NCBI GenBank assembly: GCA_030647655.1
Contig: JAUSJH010000002.1
Location: forward strand, 130,445 to 194,444
Source of the DNA: a bacterium
GTDB taxonomy: Bacteria; Patescibacteriota; Minisyncoccia; Phycocordibacterales; UBA2100
Direction: 5' to 3'
DNA length: 64,000 nucleotides
Shown here one piece after another: positions 9,261-18,275 of this stretch. The translations under genes and the position numbers were made by a program. The notes beneath the pieces were generated by a model. The model ran no database searches and was not told the origin of the DNA. It saw only the letters and a list, made by a program, of their open reading frames with translations. Every line of letters starts with the position of its first letter. Positions within the stretch are counted from its first letter, which is position 1.

Positions 9261-10652
9261 CTAAAACGCAGCGGCTTCTTCTTCGACTTCAGCTTCGGGG
9301 GTGAAATCGCCGAAGTTGCTCTTGTCGATACTCAAGAAGCGCGTGCTCTTTTCGTCGAATTGCAATTCTATCTTTCCCACGGGCCCGTTGCGGTGTTTTT
9401 CTATCAATATTTCCGCGATACCCGGCTTGTCGGAATTTTCGTTCATTTTGTCGTCACGATGGATGAACATAACCACGTCGGCGTCCTGCTCGATGGAGCC
9501 GGAGTCGCGGAGGTCGGAGAGGCGCGGGCGCCCGCGACGAGTCTCGACCGCACGCGAGAGCTGGGAGAGCGCTAGCACAGGGACTTCGAGCTCGCGCGCC
9601 ATCGCTTTGAGCGAGCGTGATATTTCGGTCACTTGTTGTACGAGGTTGTCGTTGCCGCGTGCGTATGAGGGAGTGATGAGCTGGAGGTAATCCACGATGA
9701 CAAGCTTGAGGTCCTTTTCCATCTTGAGGCGCCGCGCGACGCTACGCATTGCAAGGACTGTTGTTGAGGGTTTGTCGTCGATGTAGATTGGCGCTTCACT
9801 CAAAGCCGACATGGCATCCTGCAGGTGTCCGTAGTCGCTCTCGTTCTTGAATTTCTTGCCCGTGCGCAAGCGCCATGAATCTACGCCGGATTGCGCGGAG
9901 AGCATGCGGTCGACAAGCTGCTGCGAGCTCATTTCGAGAGAGAAGATGCCGACCGGCGTGCCGTACTTTGTCGCAGTCTGTCGCGCGATGTCGAGGGCGA
10001 GCGCCGTTTTGCCCATACTCGGACGGGCGGCAAGGATGACGAGGTCTGATTTCTGGAGACCGGCGAGAAGATTGTCGAGCTGGGGGAAGCCCGTGGGGAC
10101 ACCGCGAATGGTGCCACTGTGCTTTTGCAAACTCTCGAGTCTCTCCCACGCTTCCGCGAGCTCATCTTTTATCTCCGTAAACGAACGGAGCATCGGCGTT
10201 TGTGTCACCGAGAAGACGGCCTGCTGTGCTTCATCAAGGATTATCTCCACATCACGATCCTCCTGAAACCCCAGTTCGCCTATTTTGGAGGCGGCATCGA
10301 TGAGACTGCGGAGAATAAACTTGGTCTGCACACCTTGTGCGTAGTGGCGCGCGCTTCCGGGACTTGCGGCCGCGCCCACAAGCTCGGACAAATATCCGGC
10401 TCCGCCGGTCTCGGCGAGGAGCTTTCGCTCCTTTAGTTTGCTCGATACGGTCACCACATCGATAGGTTCGCCCTTTCCAAAGAGCGCGAGCATGGCATCA
10501 AAGATGGTCCGGTGTTTGCCGGCATAGAAAGAATCAACGCCGATAAGGTCGGCGACTTCGTACATGCCATTCTGATTGAGAAGAAGAGCGCCGAGGAGCG
10601 CGCGCTCCATTTCTATATCTTGCGGAGGGACCCGTACGGAACTGTTTACCAT
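9261..10652 (-). CDS. dnaB: replicative DNA helicase DnaB
   Basis: Walker A (ILAARPSMGKTALALDIA), GFPQLDNLLAGL, and a DnaB N-terminal domain (ERALLGALLL). Confidence 0.9.
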   Translation of the reverse strand: MVNSSVRVPPQDIEMERALLGALLLNQNGMYEVADLIGVDSFYAGKHRTIFDAMLALFGKGEPIDVVTVSSKLKERKLLAETGGAGYLSELVGAAASPGSARHYAQGVQTKFILRSLIDAASKIGELGFQEDRDVEIILDEAQQAVFSVTQTPMLRSFTEIKDELAEAWERLESLQKHSGTIRGVPTGFPQLDNLLAGLQKSDLVILAARPSMGKTALALDIARQTATKYGTPVGIFSLEMSSQQLVDRMLSAQSGVDSWRLRTGKKFKNESDYGHLQDAMSALSEAPIYIDDKPSTTVLAMRSVARRLKMEKDLKLVIVDYLQLITPSYARGNDNLVQQVTEISRSLKAMARELEVPVLALSQLSRAVETRRGRPRLSDLRDSGSIEQDADVVMFIHRDDKMNENSDKPGIAEILIEKHRNGPVGKIELQFDEKSTRFLSIDKSNFGDFTPEAEVEEEAAAF

Positions 10653-10736
10653 GAATGCATCCTAACATTTAACCCGCCTTCGCTCTTCGAGCTCCGGCGA
10701 GGCAAGGTGTGCCTTTCGTGTGGACAAATGATGCGA

Positions 10737-10771
10737 GCTTGACTGGGTCCCCTATATTTGATACAACGTAA
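10737..10771 (+). promoter_or_regulatory. candidate sigma70-type promoter for the 10829 gene
   Basis: TTGACT, a 17-nt spacer, then TACAAC upstream of 10829. Confidence 0.3.
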
Positions 10772-10828
10772 ACCACAGGAACAAAAATAGTCAAATCCGC
10801 CTAAATAAGCCTTATTTATCAACACCGT

Positions 10829-11851
10829 ATGCTTTCCTTTTCACCTAAAACAGCCACAAAAGACCTCCTTGCTGGCCTTCCAGAGCGCTCGCGCCGTGTG
10901 CTTACGGACCGCTTTGGCCTCTCGCAGAAGGGCGAACGTCGCACGCTCGATGCGATAGGACAAGAATATGGCATTACCCGCGAACGCATTCGCCAGATAG
11001 AAAACCACAGCATTACTGCAGTACGCGATTCCGAAGCCTATTCTACCCTTGCGCAGAGCTGGGAGGATCTCAAAGCCGCTGTCCTAGCACTCGGCGGAGT
11101 ACTTTCCGAAGAGACTATCCTCAATGAGCTCGCAAAGAACGAAACAGAGCGCAATCATCTTCTTTTCCTTCTTACGGTCGGGCACCAATTCGACGACCGC
11201 CGCGAGGACAACGATTTCAAAGCCCGCTGGCATATCGACGAGGCGCTTGCAGAATCCGTAGAAGCCGCTCTATCGAGTCTGTACCAATCGATCGAGCCCA
11301 ACAAGCTCACACCGGAAGAGGAATTCCTCGAGCTTTTCGCGCGTCATCTCAAGCAGGAGGGCGTGAAGAATCGTCCGGCCGATGCGCTTCCGCGCTGGCT
11401 CCTTATTTCCAAGCGCATTGGTAGAAACCCGCTCGGCGAGTGGGGGAGGCAGGATTCTCCGCATGTACGCATCAAGAACACGAGGGATTTTGCATACCTC
11501 ACACTGAAGCGGCACGGCTCGCCCATGCATTTCATCGAGGTCGCAAAAAGCATTGAGAAACTTTTCAGCAGGAAGACTCATCCCGCGACGACACACAACG
11601 AGCTCATCAAAGACAACCGCTTCGTGCTCGTCGGCCGCGGACTCTATGCACTCAAAGAATGGGGATACGAACCGGGGGTAGTGCGCGATGTTATTTCAGG
11701 AATACTAAAGCGCGAAGGACCTCTCACGCGTGAGGAGATCATCGAACGCGTGAAGCGCGAGCGTTACGTGAAAGACGCGACCATCTCTGTAAACTTGCAA
11801 AACAATATGTTTGTTCGAAATTCGGACGGCAAATATTCGTTGGCGAAGTAA
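10829..11851 (+). CDS. sigma-70 region-4-like HTH protein with C-terminal HARE-HTH domain
   Basis: The N-terminus (LPERSRRVLTDRFGL...TLDAIGQEYGITRERIRQIE) resembles sigma-70 region 4. The C-terminus (DFAYLTLKRHGSPMHFIEVAKSIEKLF...NRFVLVGRGLYALKEWGY) resembles the HARE-HTH / RNAP delta N-domain. Confidence 0.6.
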   Translation: MLSFSPKTATKDLLAGLPERSRRVLTDRFGLSQKGERRTLDAIGQEYGITRERIRQIENHSITAVRDSEAYSTLAQSWEDLKAAVLALGGVLSEETILNELAKNETERNHLLFLLTVGHQFDDRREDNDFKARWHIDEALAESVEAALSSLYQSIEPNKLTPEEEFLELFARHLKQEGVKNRPADALPRWLLISKRIGRNPLGEWGRQDSPHVRIKNTRDFAYLTLKRHGSPMHFIEVAKSIEKLFSRKTHPATTHNELIKDNRFVLVGRGLYALKEWGYEPGVVRDVISGILKREGPLTREEIIERVKRERYVKDATISVNLQNNMFVRNSDGKYSLAK

Positions 11852-11909
11852 TTTTCTCAGATGTTGATAGCCCGCCTCCATACTGGCGGGGAACTGTTAC
11901 AATTGGCGC

Positions 11910-13334
11910 ATGATCGATGAATATGAACAGCATGATTTTGCAACAGGGTCGCGGTTTCGCGCACAGTTTCTTTCTCCGCTCTTAAGCTTCGATCTACACA
12001 AGCTAACAGACGCGTTCATCGGCGACGGCTGGGGTATCTCGCGGTGCCTTTTCCTCAGCGTTCTCTTTACCGGCCTTTTGAGCGTCTTGTGGCTCCAAAT
12101 ACCCAATCTTCCACTCTTCGCGTTTGAATGGTTACTAGGGACCGCGCCCCTCTGGTTACCCATTGTCACACTCGTCATCGCATGGAAAGTGTGGATATGG
12201 TATGCCCGGGGAGTGTATCTCTTCGAAAGAAAAGCAATCCTCCTCGAAGTAAAGATTCCTCGCGACATCACGCGTTCGCCGCGGGCGATGGAAAACGCGC
12301 TCTCAAAGCTCTGGGTTGATTCCGGTGAGACGACATTTTTCAACACCGCGTGGCAGGGTCATGTGCGGCCTTATTTTTCTTTTGAGATCGCATCCTTCGG
12401 AGGTGATATTCATTTTTACGTCTGGACGTGGTCCGGATGGAGGGCTGCAGTAGAATCGGCGCTGTACGGATATTACCCAGAGCTTGAGATCGTCGAGGTA
12501 GAAGACTATGCGTCGAAATTCAAATACGATGCAGAGAAGCACGAATGTTTCGCCACGGACTGGCGCTACGAGCCCCGCAACGACGCCTACCCTATAAAGA
12601 CCTATGTTGATTTCGAACTCGACAAAGATCCAAAGGAGGAGTACCGCGTCGATCCTATCGCACAGGTACTCGAACGTTTGAGCAACCTTCGCCCCGATGA
12701 ACAAGGTTGGCTTCAGATAATCATCACACAGTCAAAAGATAAGCGTCGTAAAAAAGGCGGACTCTGGTGGGAAACCGAAAGCCGCTATGAAGGTCTCGTG
12801 AAAGAGGAGGTTGAGAAAATCCGCAGAGATACCGCCCCTTTGCACATAGACGACCGAAGTGCACCGGATGCATGGAAGACCTATGCTCGCGTGCCACTAT
12901 ATCGGGCCACAGAGAGTGTCAAAACTATTGAACGCAATATGGGCAAACACATATTCAACGTCGGTGTGCGGGGCGTATATATCTGCGACCCGGCAAAATT
13001 CAGTGCCGGCGGATATACCGGTGTACGTTGGATCTGGCGCCCATTCGGTAATGTGCAATACCTGAATCAGCTTCGTCCGCGTCGCTGGTCGAACCCGTTC
13101 GACTATCCTTGGCAGGATTGGGGGGACATCCGGTGGACGCTCATGTTGCGCCGCTTTTTTGACGCGTACCGACGACGCTCGTATTTTTATTCTCCGTGGA
13201 TCATTCCGCACAATATGATGTCGACAGAAGTAATCGCGACCCTGTGGCACCCGCCAAGCGCATCTGCTACCGCGCCAGGCCTCCAACGCATCCCCGCCAA
13301 GAAAGCCGAACCACCACCCAATTTGCCGAAGTAG
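11910..13334 (+). CDS. hypothetical Trp-rich protein with two N-terminal TM helices and a large C-terminal domain
   Basis: TM helices at about residues 45-65 and 80-100; the C-terminal ~330 aa is rich in W, Y and R; no family recognised. It starts 58 bp after the preceding gene. Confidence 0.5.
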   Translation: MIDEYEQHDFATGSRFRAQFLSPLLSFDLHKLTDAFIGDGWGISRCLFLSVLFTGLLSVLWLQIPNLPLFAFEWLLGTAPLWLPIVTLVIAWKVWIWYARGVYLFERKAILLEVKIPRDITRSPRAMENALSKLWVDSGETTFFNTAWQGHVRPYFSFEIASFGGDIHFYVWTWSGWRAAVESALYGYYPELEIVEVEDYASKFKYDAEKHECFATDWRYEPRNDAYPIKTYVDFELDKDPKEEYRVDPIAQVLERLSNLRPDEQGWLQIIITQSKDKRRKKGGLWWETESRYEGLVKEEVEKIRRDTAPLHIDDRSAPDAWKTYARVPLYRATESVKTIERNMGKHIFNVGVRGVYICDPAKFSAGGYTGVRWIWRPFGNVQYLNQLRPRRWSNPFDYPWQDWGDIRWTLMLRRFFDAYRRRSYFYSPWIIPHNMMSTEVIATLWHPPSASATAPGLQRIPAKKAEPPPNLPK

Positions 13335-13336
13335 TA

Positions 13337-13375
13337 AAACAGCGGGCAAGCACCAGGCACCAGTACAAAATCCAG
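13337..13375. repeat. intergenic repeat motif AACAGCGGGCARGCACCAG..TACA (copy 1)
   Basis: taaaacagcgggcaagcaccaggcaccagtacaaaa lies immediately after the stop at 13334; it matches 15500-15530. Confidence 0.4.
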
Positions 13376-13431
13376 ACACCCATTCTCACATATGACCATT
13401 GTCCATTGTCCATTGCCCATTATTGCCTGAT

Positions 13432-14460
13432 ATGCAACCTCTTGAACACGCTCTCGAAAAAATGTTCGATGTGGGACATCGCGCCCTACAACATTTATCA
13501 GAAAGCTGGCGCCTGCATACCAATCGCCGCACCATCATCATTCTTATTGTCGCCGGCTTTTCTCTAGCGTCACTCTATATTTTCGCGATAGAGCCACCGG
13601 AAAATTTCCCGGTCGACAAGCTTGTGGAAGTGCCGGCGGGCGCGTCGCTCAAAGATATAGCAAAGACTCTCGAGGCTCAGGGCGTCGTGCGCTCGGGCCT
13701 TATGCTCCGGATGCTTCTCAAGCTCTCCGGCGACGAGCGGACGGCACACGCGGGCGATTACCTATTTAAGGAGCCGCGCGATATCTTCCGCGTCGCGCGC
13801 GCGCTTGCACTGGGAGCTTACGGGCTCGAGCCCATGCGTATCCGTGTCCCCGAAGGGGCGATGATGAAAGATATGGCACTTGTATTTGGCCGACAGCTCG
13901 AGCGATTCGACACTGCCAATTTTCTTGCGCAAGCGCAACCGCAAGAAGGTTATTTTTTTCCCGACACCTATTTCTTCCTTCCCAACGCAACTGAAGATAC
14001 GGTGATACAGGCAATGCGACAGAATTTCGATACGCACATCGCGACCATCACCCCACAGATCGCGAGCTCGACACATTCTCTTTCCGACATTGTGAAGATG
14101 GCCTCTATACTCGAGCTGGAAGCGCGCAACACCAAGGATCGCCGCACCATCGCCGGCGTTTTGTGGAATAGGCTCGAGCGCGGTATGCCATTGCAGGTTG
14201 ATGTCACATTCCTCTATACAATCGGGAGGGGAACCTTCCAGCTGACAGTGAAAGACCTCACGAGCGATTCACCTTACAATACCTACAACAGTGAGGGCCT
14301 ACCGCCCACGCCCATTGGAAGTCCATCACTCGATTCACTGCTCGCCGCGGCGCAACCGATAAAGAGTGATTACATATATTTTCTTGCCGACCGCCGCGGC
14401 GTTACGCACTATTGCAAGACATATAGTTGCCACATCGCCAACAAAGCGCGGTATTTTTGA
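13432..14460 (+). CDS. mltG: endolytic murein transglycosylase MltG (YceG family)
   Basis: N-terminal TM helix, then the YceG signature ...ARNTKDRRTIAGVLWNRLERGMPLQVDVTFLY...; the start was taken at MQPLEHA. Confidence 0.85.
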   Translation: MQPLEHALEKMFDVGHRALQHLSESWRLHTNRRTIIILIVAGFSLASLYIFAIEPPENFPVDKLVEVPAGASLKDIAKTLEAQGVVRSGLMLRMLLKLSGDERTAHAGDYLFKEPRDIFRVARALALGAYGLEPMRIRVPEGAMMKDMALVFGRQLERFDTANFLAQAQPQEGYFFPDTYFFLPNATEDTVIQAMRQNFDTHIATITPQIASSTHSLSDIVKMASILELEARNTKDRRTIAGVLWNRLERGMPLQVDVTFLYTIGRGTFQLTVKDLTSDSPYNTYNSEGLPPTPIGSPSLDSLLAAAQPIKSDYIYFLADRRGVTHYCKTYSCHIANKARYF

Positions 14461-14465
14461 GCGGC

Positions 14466-15503
14466 ATGGCGCAGACGGTATTCGTTGGTTTGTCGGGAGG
14501 TGTTGATAGCGCGGTTTCGGCTACGCTTTTAAAGAGCCAAGGCCACAACGTTGTTGGTGTTTTCATAAAAATCTGGCAGGCGGAATTCTTAGAGTGTACG
14601 TGGAAGGAGGACAGGCTCGATGCGATGCGCGTCGCCGCAGCACTCGAAATACCATTTCGGGAGGTCGACCTCTCGGAAGAGTACAAGAAAGAGGTGGTCG
14701 AGAAAATGGTTGCCGACTATGCGCGCGGCATCACACCGAACCCCGATGTGCTCTGCAATCGTGCTATCAAATTCGGTGCTTTCGCCGCGTGGGCGAAGAG
14801 CGAGGGGGCAGACATGCTAGCGACGGGGCATTACGTCCAAATAAAAGAACGTGATAATCGTTTTGAACTTCTCCGCGCCAAAGATGCGGCAAAGGACCAG
14901 TCCTATTTTCTATATCGGCTCGACCAGTCTGATCTTGCGCATACGCTTTTCCCGATCGGCGGCATGCTCAAATCCGAAGTACGCGCGGAGGCAAGGCGTT
15001 TCCACCTGCCAGTTGCCGACAAGCCCGATAGTCAGGGGCTCTGTTTCGTAGGGGAAGTCTCGATGGCGGATTTTCTCGCACGATTCATTGCGCTTCAACG
15101 CGGTCCCGTCGTTGCGGGGGGTACGATTGTCGGCGAACATGATGGCGCCGCGCTCTATACGATAGGTCAGCGACACGGATTCACTGCCGAAAATGCCGAA
15201 GGCCCATACTATTTGGTGAGAATAGATGTTCCGACAAATACACTTCATGTGTCGGTGCGGCGCGAAGATGCGGCGCGAACCGAGACCATCATTGAAGATG
15301 TCCACTGGGTATATCGCGAGCCGACCTTGCCACTCGCTGTGCAGGTGCAAGCGCGATATCACGAACAGGAATTCAGCGCGACGCTCTCAAAAAACGACCC
15401 GCAATTCAGTGTGGAATTCGAACATCCGCACATCGCTTCACCCGGACAGTCTCTCGTGCTCTACGATGGAAACACGTGCCTCGGCGGAGGAACTATCAGT
15501 TAA
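14466..15503 (+). CDS. mnmA: tRNA-specific 2-thiouridylase MnmA
   Basis: PP-loop VFVGLSGGVDSAVSATLLK and the catalytic-Cys region (QGLCFVGE); full-length MnmA architecture. Confidence 0.9.
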   Translation: MAQTVFVGLSGGVDSAVSATLLKSQGHNVVGVFIKIWQAEFLECTWKEDRLDAMRVAAALEIPFREVDLSEEYKKEVVEKMVADYARGITPNPDVLCNRAIKFGAFAAWAKSEGADMLATGHYVQIKERDNRFELLRAKDAAKDQSYFLYRLDQSDLAHTLFPIGGMLKSEVRAEARRFHLPVADKPDSQGLCFVGEVSMADFLARFIALQRGPVVAGGTIVGEHDGAALYTIGQRHGFTAENAEGPYYLVRIDVPTNTLHVSVRREDAARTETIIEDVHWVYREPTLPLAVQVQARYHEQEFSATLSKNDPQFSVEFEHPHIASPGQSLVLYDGNTCLGGGTIS

Positions 15504-15530
15504 CAGCGGGCAGGCACCAGTACACAGAAT
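15500..15530. repeat. intergenic repeat motif (copy 2), immediately after the mnmA stop
   Basis: ttaacagcgggcaggcaccagtacacagaa. The stretch cagcgggcaggca can also pair with tgcctgctcgctg at about 15548-15560. Confidence 0.4.
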
Positions 15531-15578
15531 TCTACGAATTCACCGTTGCCTGCTCGCTGTTGCCTGTAAACTGTCTGT

Positions 15579-15986
15579 ATGAGTGAGATGCTCTCCCGCA
15601 TGGTGTGGTTTGTTATTGTAGCGGTTGCGATTTCATACGCGACGTATATAACAGCCGGAAGCATCGTCAACGCGCAGGCACGCGGCGCCTACAAGCCGGT
15701 TATGATACGCGACGTGCTTGGCCCCGGCTCCCATCACCTTTCGGGAATGATCATGGTGCCGACACCATGTCACGAGTTAACGCTTCGCACCGAGGCACTC
15801 TCGGCGGCGACGTACGAGCTCCTCTTCCGAACATGGCATGAACCTTCGGTGGATTGTGATGAGGAGGAAATACCGCGACCTTTTCGCGCCGTACTATTTG
15901 CGCCATCGACAGGCGTCGAGTTCATCGCGACACTCGATGGTGTAGCGCTTCCAATTCAGGTTTTACCGAGTATTGCGGGGCATTGA
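15579..15986 (+). CDS. hypothetical membrane-anchored protein
   Basis: One N-terminal TM helix (MVWFVIVAVAISYATYI) and a ~100-aa extracytoplasmic domain; its stop abuts the start of the next gene. Confidence 0.4.
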   Translation: MSEMLSRMVWFVIVAVAISYATYITAGSIVNAQARGAYKPVMIRDVLGPGSHHLSGMIMVPTPCHELTLRTEALSAATYELLFRTWHEPSVDCDEEEIPRPFRAVLFAPSTGVEFIATLDGVALPIQVLPSIAGH

Positions 15987-16886
15987 TTGCTCTATCAAAC
16001 AAAGGCTATGACAACCACTCAACAAAAAGCTCCATCTCTCGCGCCGCGCGCGATGCTACACCATCCACATATTCTCGTTACAAAAGCAGACGGCGAACAA
16101 GAGGCATTTGATCCTGCGAAACTCGAACATTCTTTGCAGCTTTCGGGCGCAAGCTCGACGATGCGAGCGCGTATCTTGGCGCACGTGATGCAGGAATTGC
16201 GTCCGAACATGATGACGGAAGAGATATATCATCATGCTTTTGAGATATTACGGAAGGAAGAGGCGGCTCCTGTCGCGGCACGCTATTCCATTAAACGAGC
16301 GGTCTTTGCGCTCGGCCCTTCAGGTTTCCCTTTCGAACAATTTCTAGCGGAAGTTTTACGCGCGCATGGGTGGAAAGCGCAGACAGGAGTTGCATTAAAC
16401 GGGCGCTGTGCGCCGCACGAAGTGGATGTATTCGCCGAGAAGGACGGAAGACGCATCGGAATTGAAGCAAAATTTCACAACGACGCCGCGGGAAAGACAG
16501 ATATCAAAGACGCGCTCTATGTGCACGCACGCTATGAAGATCTTCGCGCGACACCCGACGTTTCTTCGCGCGTGGACGAAGGGTGGCTCGTAACCAACAC
16601 GCGCTTTACGAGGAATGCTATTCGCTATGCGCAATGCTCGGGTCTCTCGCTTATCGGGTGGGATTATCCACATGACCGTGGCCTTCTCACACTCATCGAG
16701 GAGGCGCGCGTGCACCCGCTCACGTGCCTCACGACGCTCTCGGAGAGCGAAAAACACCGTCTTCTCGATCAAAGAATCGTGCTTTGTAAACACGTGCAGA
16801 CTACGCATCTGCTTCAGGAATTCGGGATAAAACCGGATCGTATCCCGAAGGTGCTGGACGAAGCGCGACAGCTCTGCGGCATTTGA
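15987..16886 (+). CDS. ATP-cone domain fused to Mrr-type (PD-(D/E)XK) restriction endonuclease-like domain
   Basis: Residues ~27-110 match the ATP-cone consensus (ILVTKADGEQEAFDPAKLEHSLQL...TEEIYHHAFEILR...ARYSIKRA). They are followed by FEQFLAEVLRAHGW...HEVDVFAEKDGRRIGIEAKFHN, i.e. a D...E-A-K nuclease core. Confidence 0.65.
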   Translation: MLYQTKAMTTTQQKAPSLAPRAMLHHPHILVTKADGEQEAFDPAKLEHSLQLSGASSTMRARILAHVMQELRPNMMTEEIYHHAFEILRKEEAAPVAARYSIKRAVFALGPSGFPFEQFLAEVLRAHGWKAQTGVALNGRCAPHEVDVFAEKDGRRIGIEAKFHNDAAGKTDIKDALYVHARYEDLRATPDVSSRVDEGWLVTNTRFTRNAIRYAQCSGLSLIGWDYPHDRGLLTLIEEARVHPLTCLTTLSESEKHRLLDQRIVLCKHVQTTHLLQEFGIKPDRIPKVLDEARQLCGI

Positions 16887-16948
16887 TTGAGCACATGATT
16901 CAGCAGAATCACCCTAGGGGCTCACCTACTGGGTGATATAATCGCGGT

Positions 16949-17452
16949 ATGCGCTCCGCTGCGATATTCATGGATCCAACGGTCGTGATGTTTGGGAAAC
17001 TTTTATTGGCGATGCTCCTCGGCGGCATCATAGGGACAGAGCGCGCTGTGCTCGCGAGACAATCCGCCGGCACGCGCACCTTCGGTCTCGTGTCTTTGGG
17101 TGCATGTCTTTTTGTCATTACGGGGAATTACGTCGATACTGCATACCTCGGAGTGCTTAATTTCGATCCAATGCGCGTCGCTGCGGGCATCATTATGGGC
17201 ATTGGATTTCTCGGCGGTGGCATTATCGTGTTCCGCGGGGACGCGGTACACGGCACCACGACTGCCGCAGGTCTCTGGATCGCCGCCGGTGTTGGTATTG
17301 CGACCGGATTCGGCCTCTACTCTATAGCAATCTTCTCAACCATCCTCTCGCTCCTCATGTTTACCGGAATGTGGTACGTCGAGAATCGTTTCAAGCATTG
17401 GTTTGAAGAGCGCCGGTCGGATGTGCAGGGAAACAATTCGCAGGACACATAG
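16949..17452 (+). CDS. mgtC: MgtC/SapB family membrane protein
   Basis: LLLAMLLGGIIGTERAVLARQSAGTRTFGLVSLGACLF is the MgtC N-domain signature; 4-5 TM helices. Confidence 0.75.
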   Translation: MRSAAIFMDPTVVMFGKLLLAMLLGGIIGTERAVLARQSAGTRTFGLVSLGACLFVITGNYVDTAYLGVLNFDPMRVAAGIIMGIGFLGGGIIVFRGDAVHGTTTAAGLWIAAGVGIATGFGLYSIAIFSTILSLLMFTGMWYVENRFKHWFEERRSDVQGNNSQDT

Positions 17453-17474
17453 CGCATGGTGGTATACTCCCCGC

Positions 17475-18275
17475 ATGCCGAAAGGGTACCAGAAGCGGAC
17501 GCGTAATTTGTATGACCCGAATGCTTCGGAGTCATTCCGCGTGAGCCGTACCAAGATAGATCTCTTTCACGAATGCCCTCGTTGTTTCTATCTCGATGTA
17601 CGCCTCGGTGTGCCACGCACGTCGTTCCCCGCATTCACTCTGAACAATGCCGTTGATGAGCTCATGAAGCGCGAGTTCGATATCCATCGGGCAAAAGATG
17701 AGGCGCACCCTCTGATGAAGACCTATAAAATAGACGCCGTACCCCTGAATGATGTGCGTATGGAAGAGTGGCGCGATGCCTTGCGCCGCGGCATCCAATA
17801 CCATCACAAGCCAACGGGCCTCATTTTTCGCGGAGGCGTTGATGATATCTGGATAAACTCTAAAGGTGAGCTCATAGTTGTTGATTACAAGGCGACGAGC
17901 AAGAAAGAGGAAGTGAATATCGAAGGTTACTGGCAACAAGGATACAAGCGACAAGTAGAAATTTATCAGTGGCTTTTGCGCGGTATCGGTGAAAAGGTAT
18001 CGCCGACGGCCTACTTCGTGTATGTGAACGGCAAAAGCGACGCCAAAGCATTCGACGGCAGGCTTGAGTTTGAAGTGAAGATAATCCCGCACGAAGGCGA
18101 CACATCGTGGATAGAGCCTCTCGTTATCAAACTCGCGGAATGCTTAAAGGGTGATGTTGTGCCAGCGCCGAATGAGACATGTGAATACTGCGGCTACCGC
18201 GAAGCGGCTGGAAAGGAATTGCAGGCACGGGTGAAGCCAAAAAAGGAGGGCGGACAGAAATCTCTCGGGCTATGA
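17475..18275 (+). CDS. PD-(D/E)XK nuclease, Cas4/RecB-like with 4-Cys cluster
   Basis: CPRCFY near the N-terminus, GGVDDIW...ELIVVDYKAT (D-x(n)-E/D-x-K), a QxxxY-type motif (QVEIYQW), and C-terminal CEYCGY. Confidence 0.6.
   Translation: MPKGYQKRTRNLYDPNASESFRVSRTKIDLFHECPRCFYLDVRLGVPRTSFPAFTLNNAVDELMKREFDIHRAKDEAHPLMKTYKIDAVPLNDVRMEEWRDALRRGIQYHHKPTGLIFRGGVDDIWINSKGELIVVDYKATSKKEEVNIEGYWQQGYKRQVEIYQWLLRGIGEKVSPTAYFVYVNGKSDAKAFDGRLEFEVKIIPHEGDTSWIEPLVIKLAECLKGDVVPAPNETCEYCGYREAAGKELQARVKPKKEGGQKSLGL

Noticed and set aside
17403-17474. ORF-track start of the Cas4-like nuclease at 17403, overlapping mgtC.
   Set aside because: The internal ATG at 17475 (MPKGYQ...) avoids a 50-bp overlap with mgtC and precedes the conserved N-terminal Cys motif, so the shorter start was preferred.
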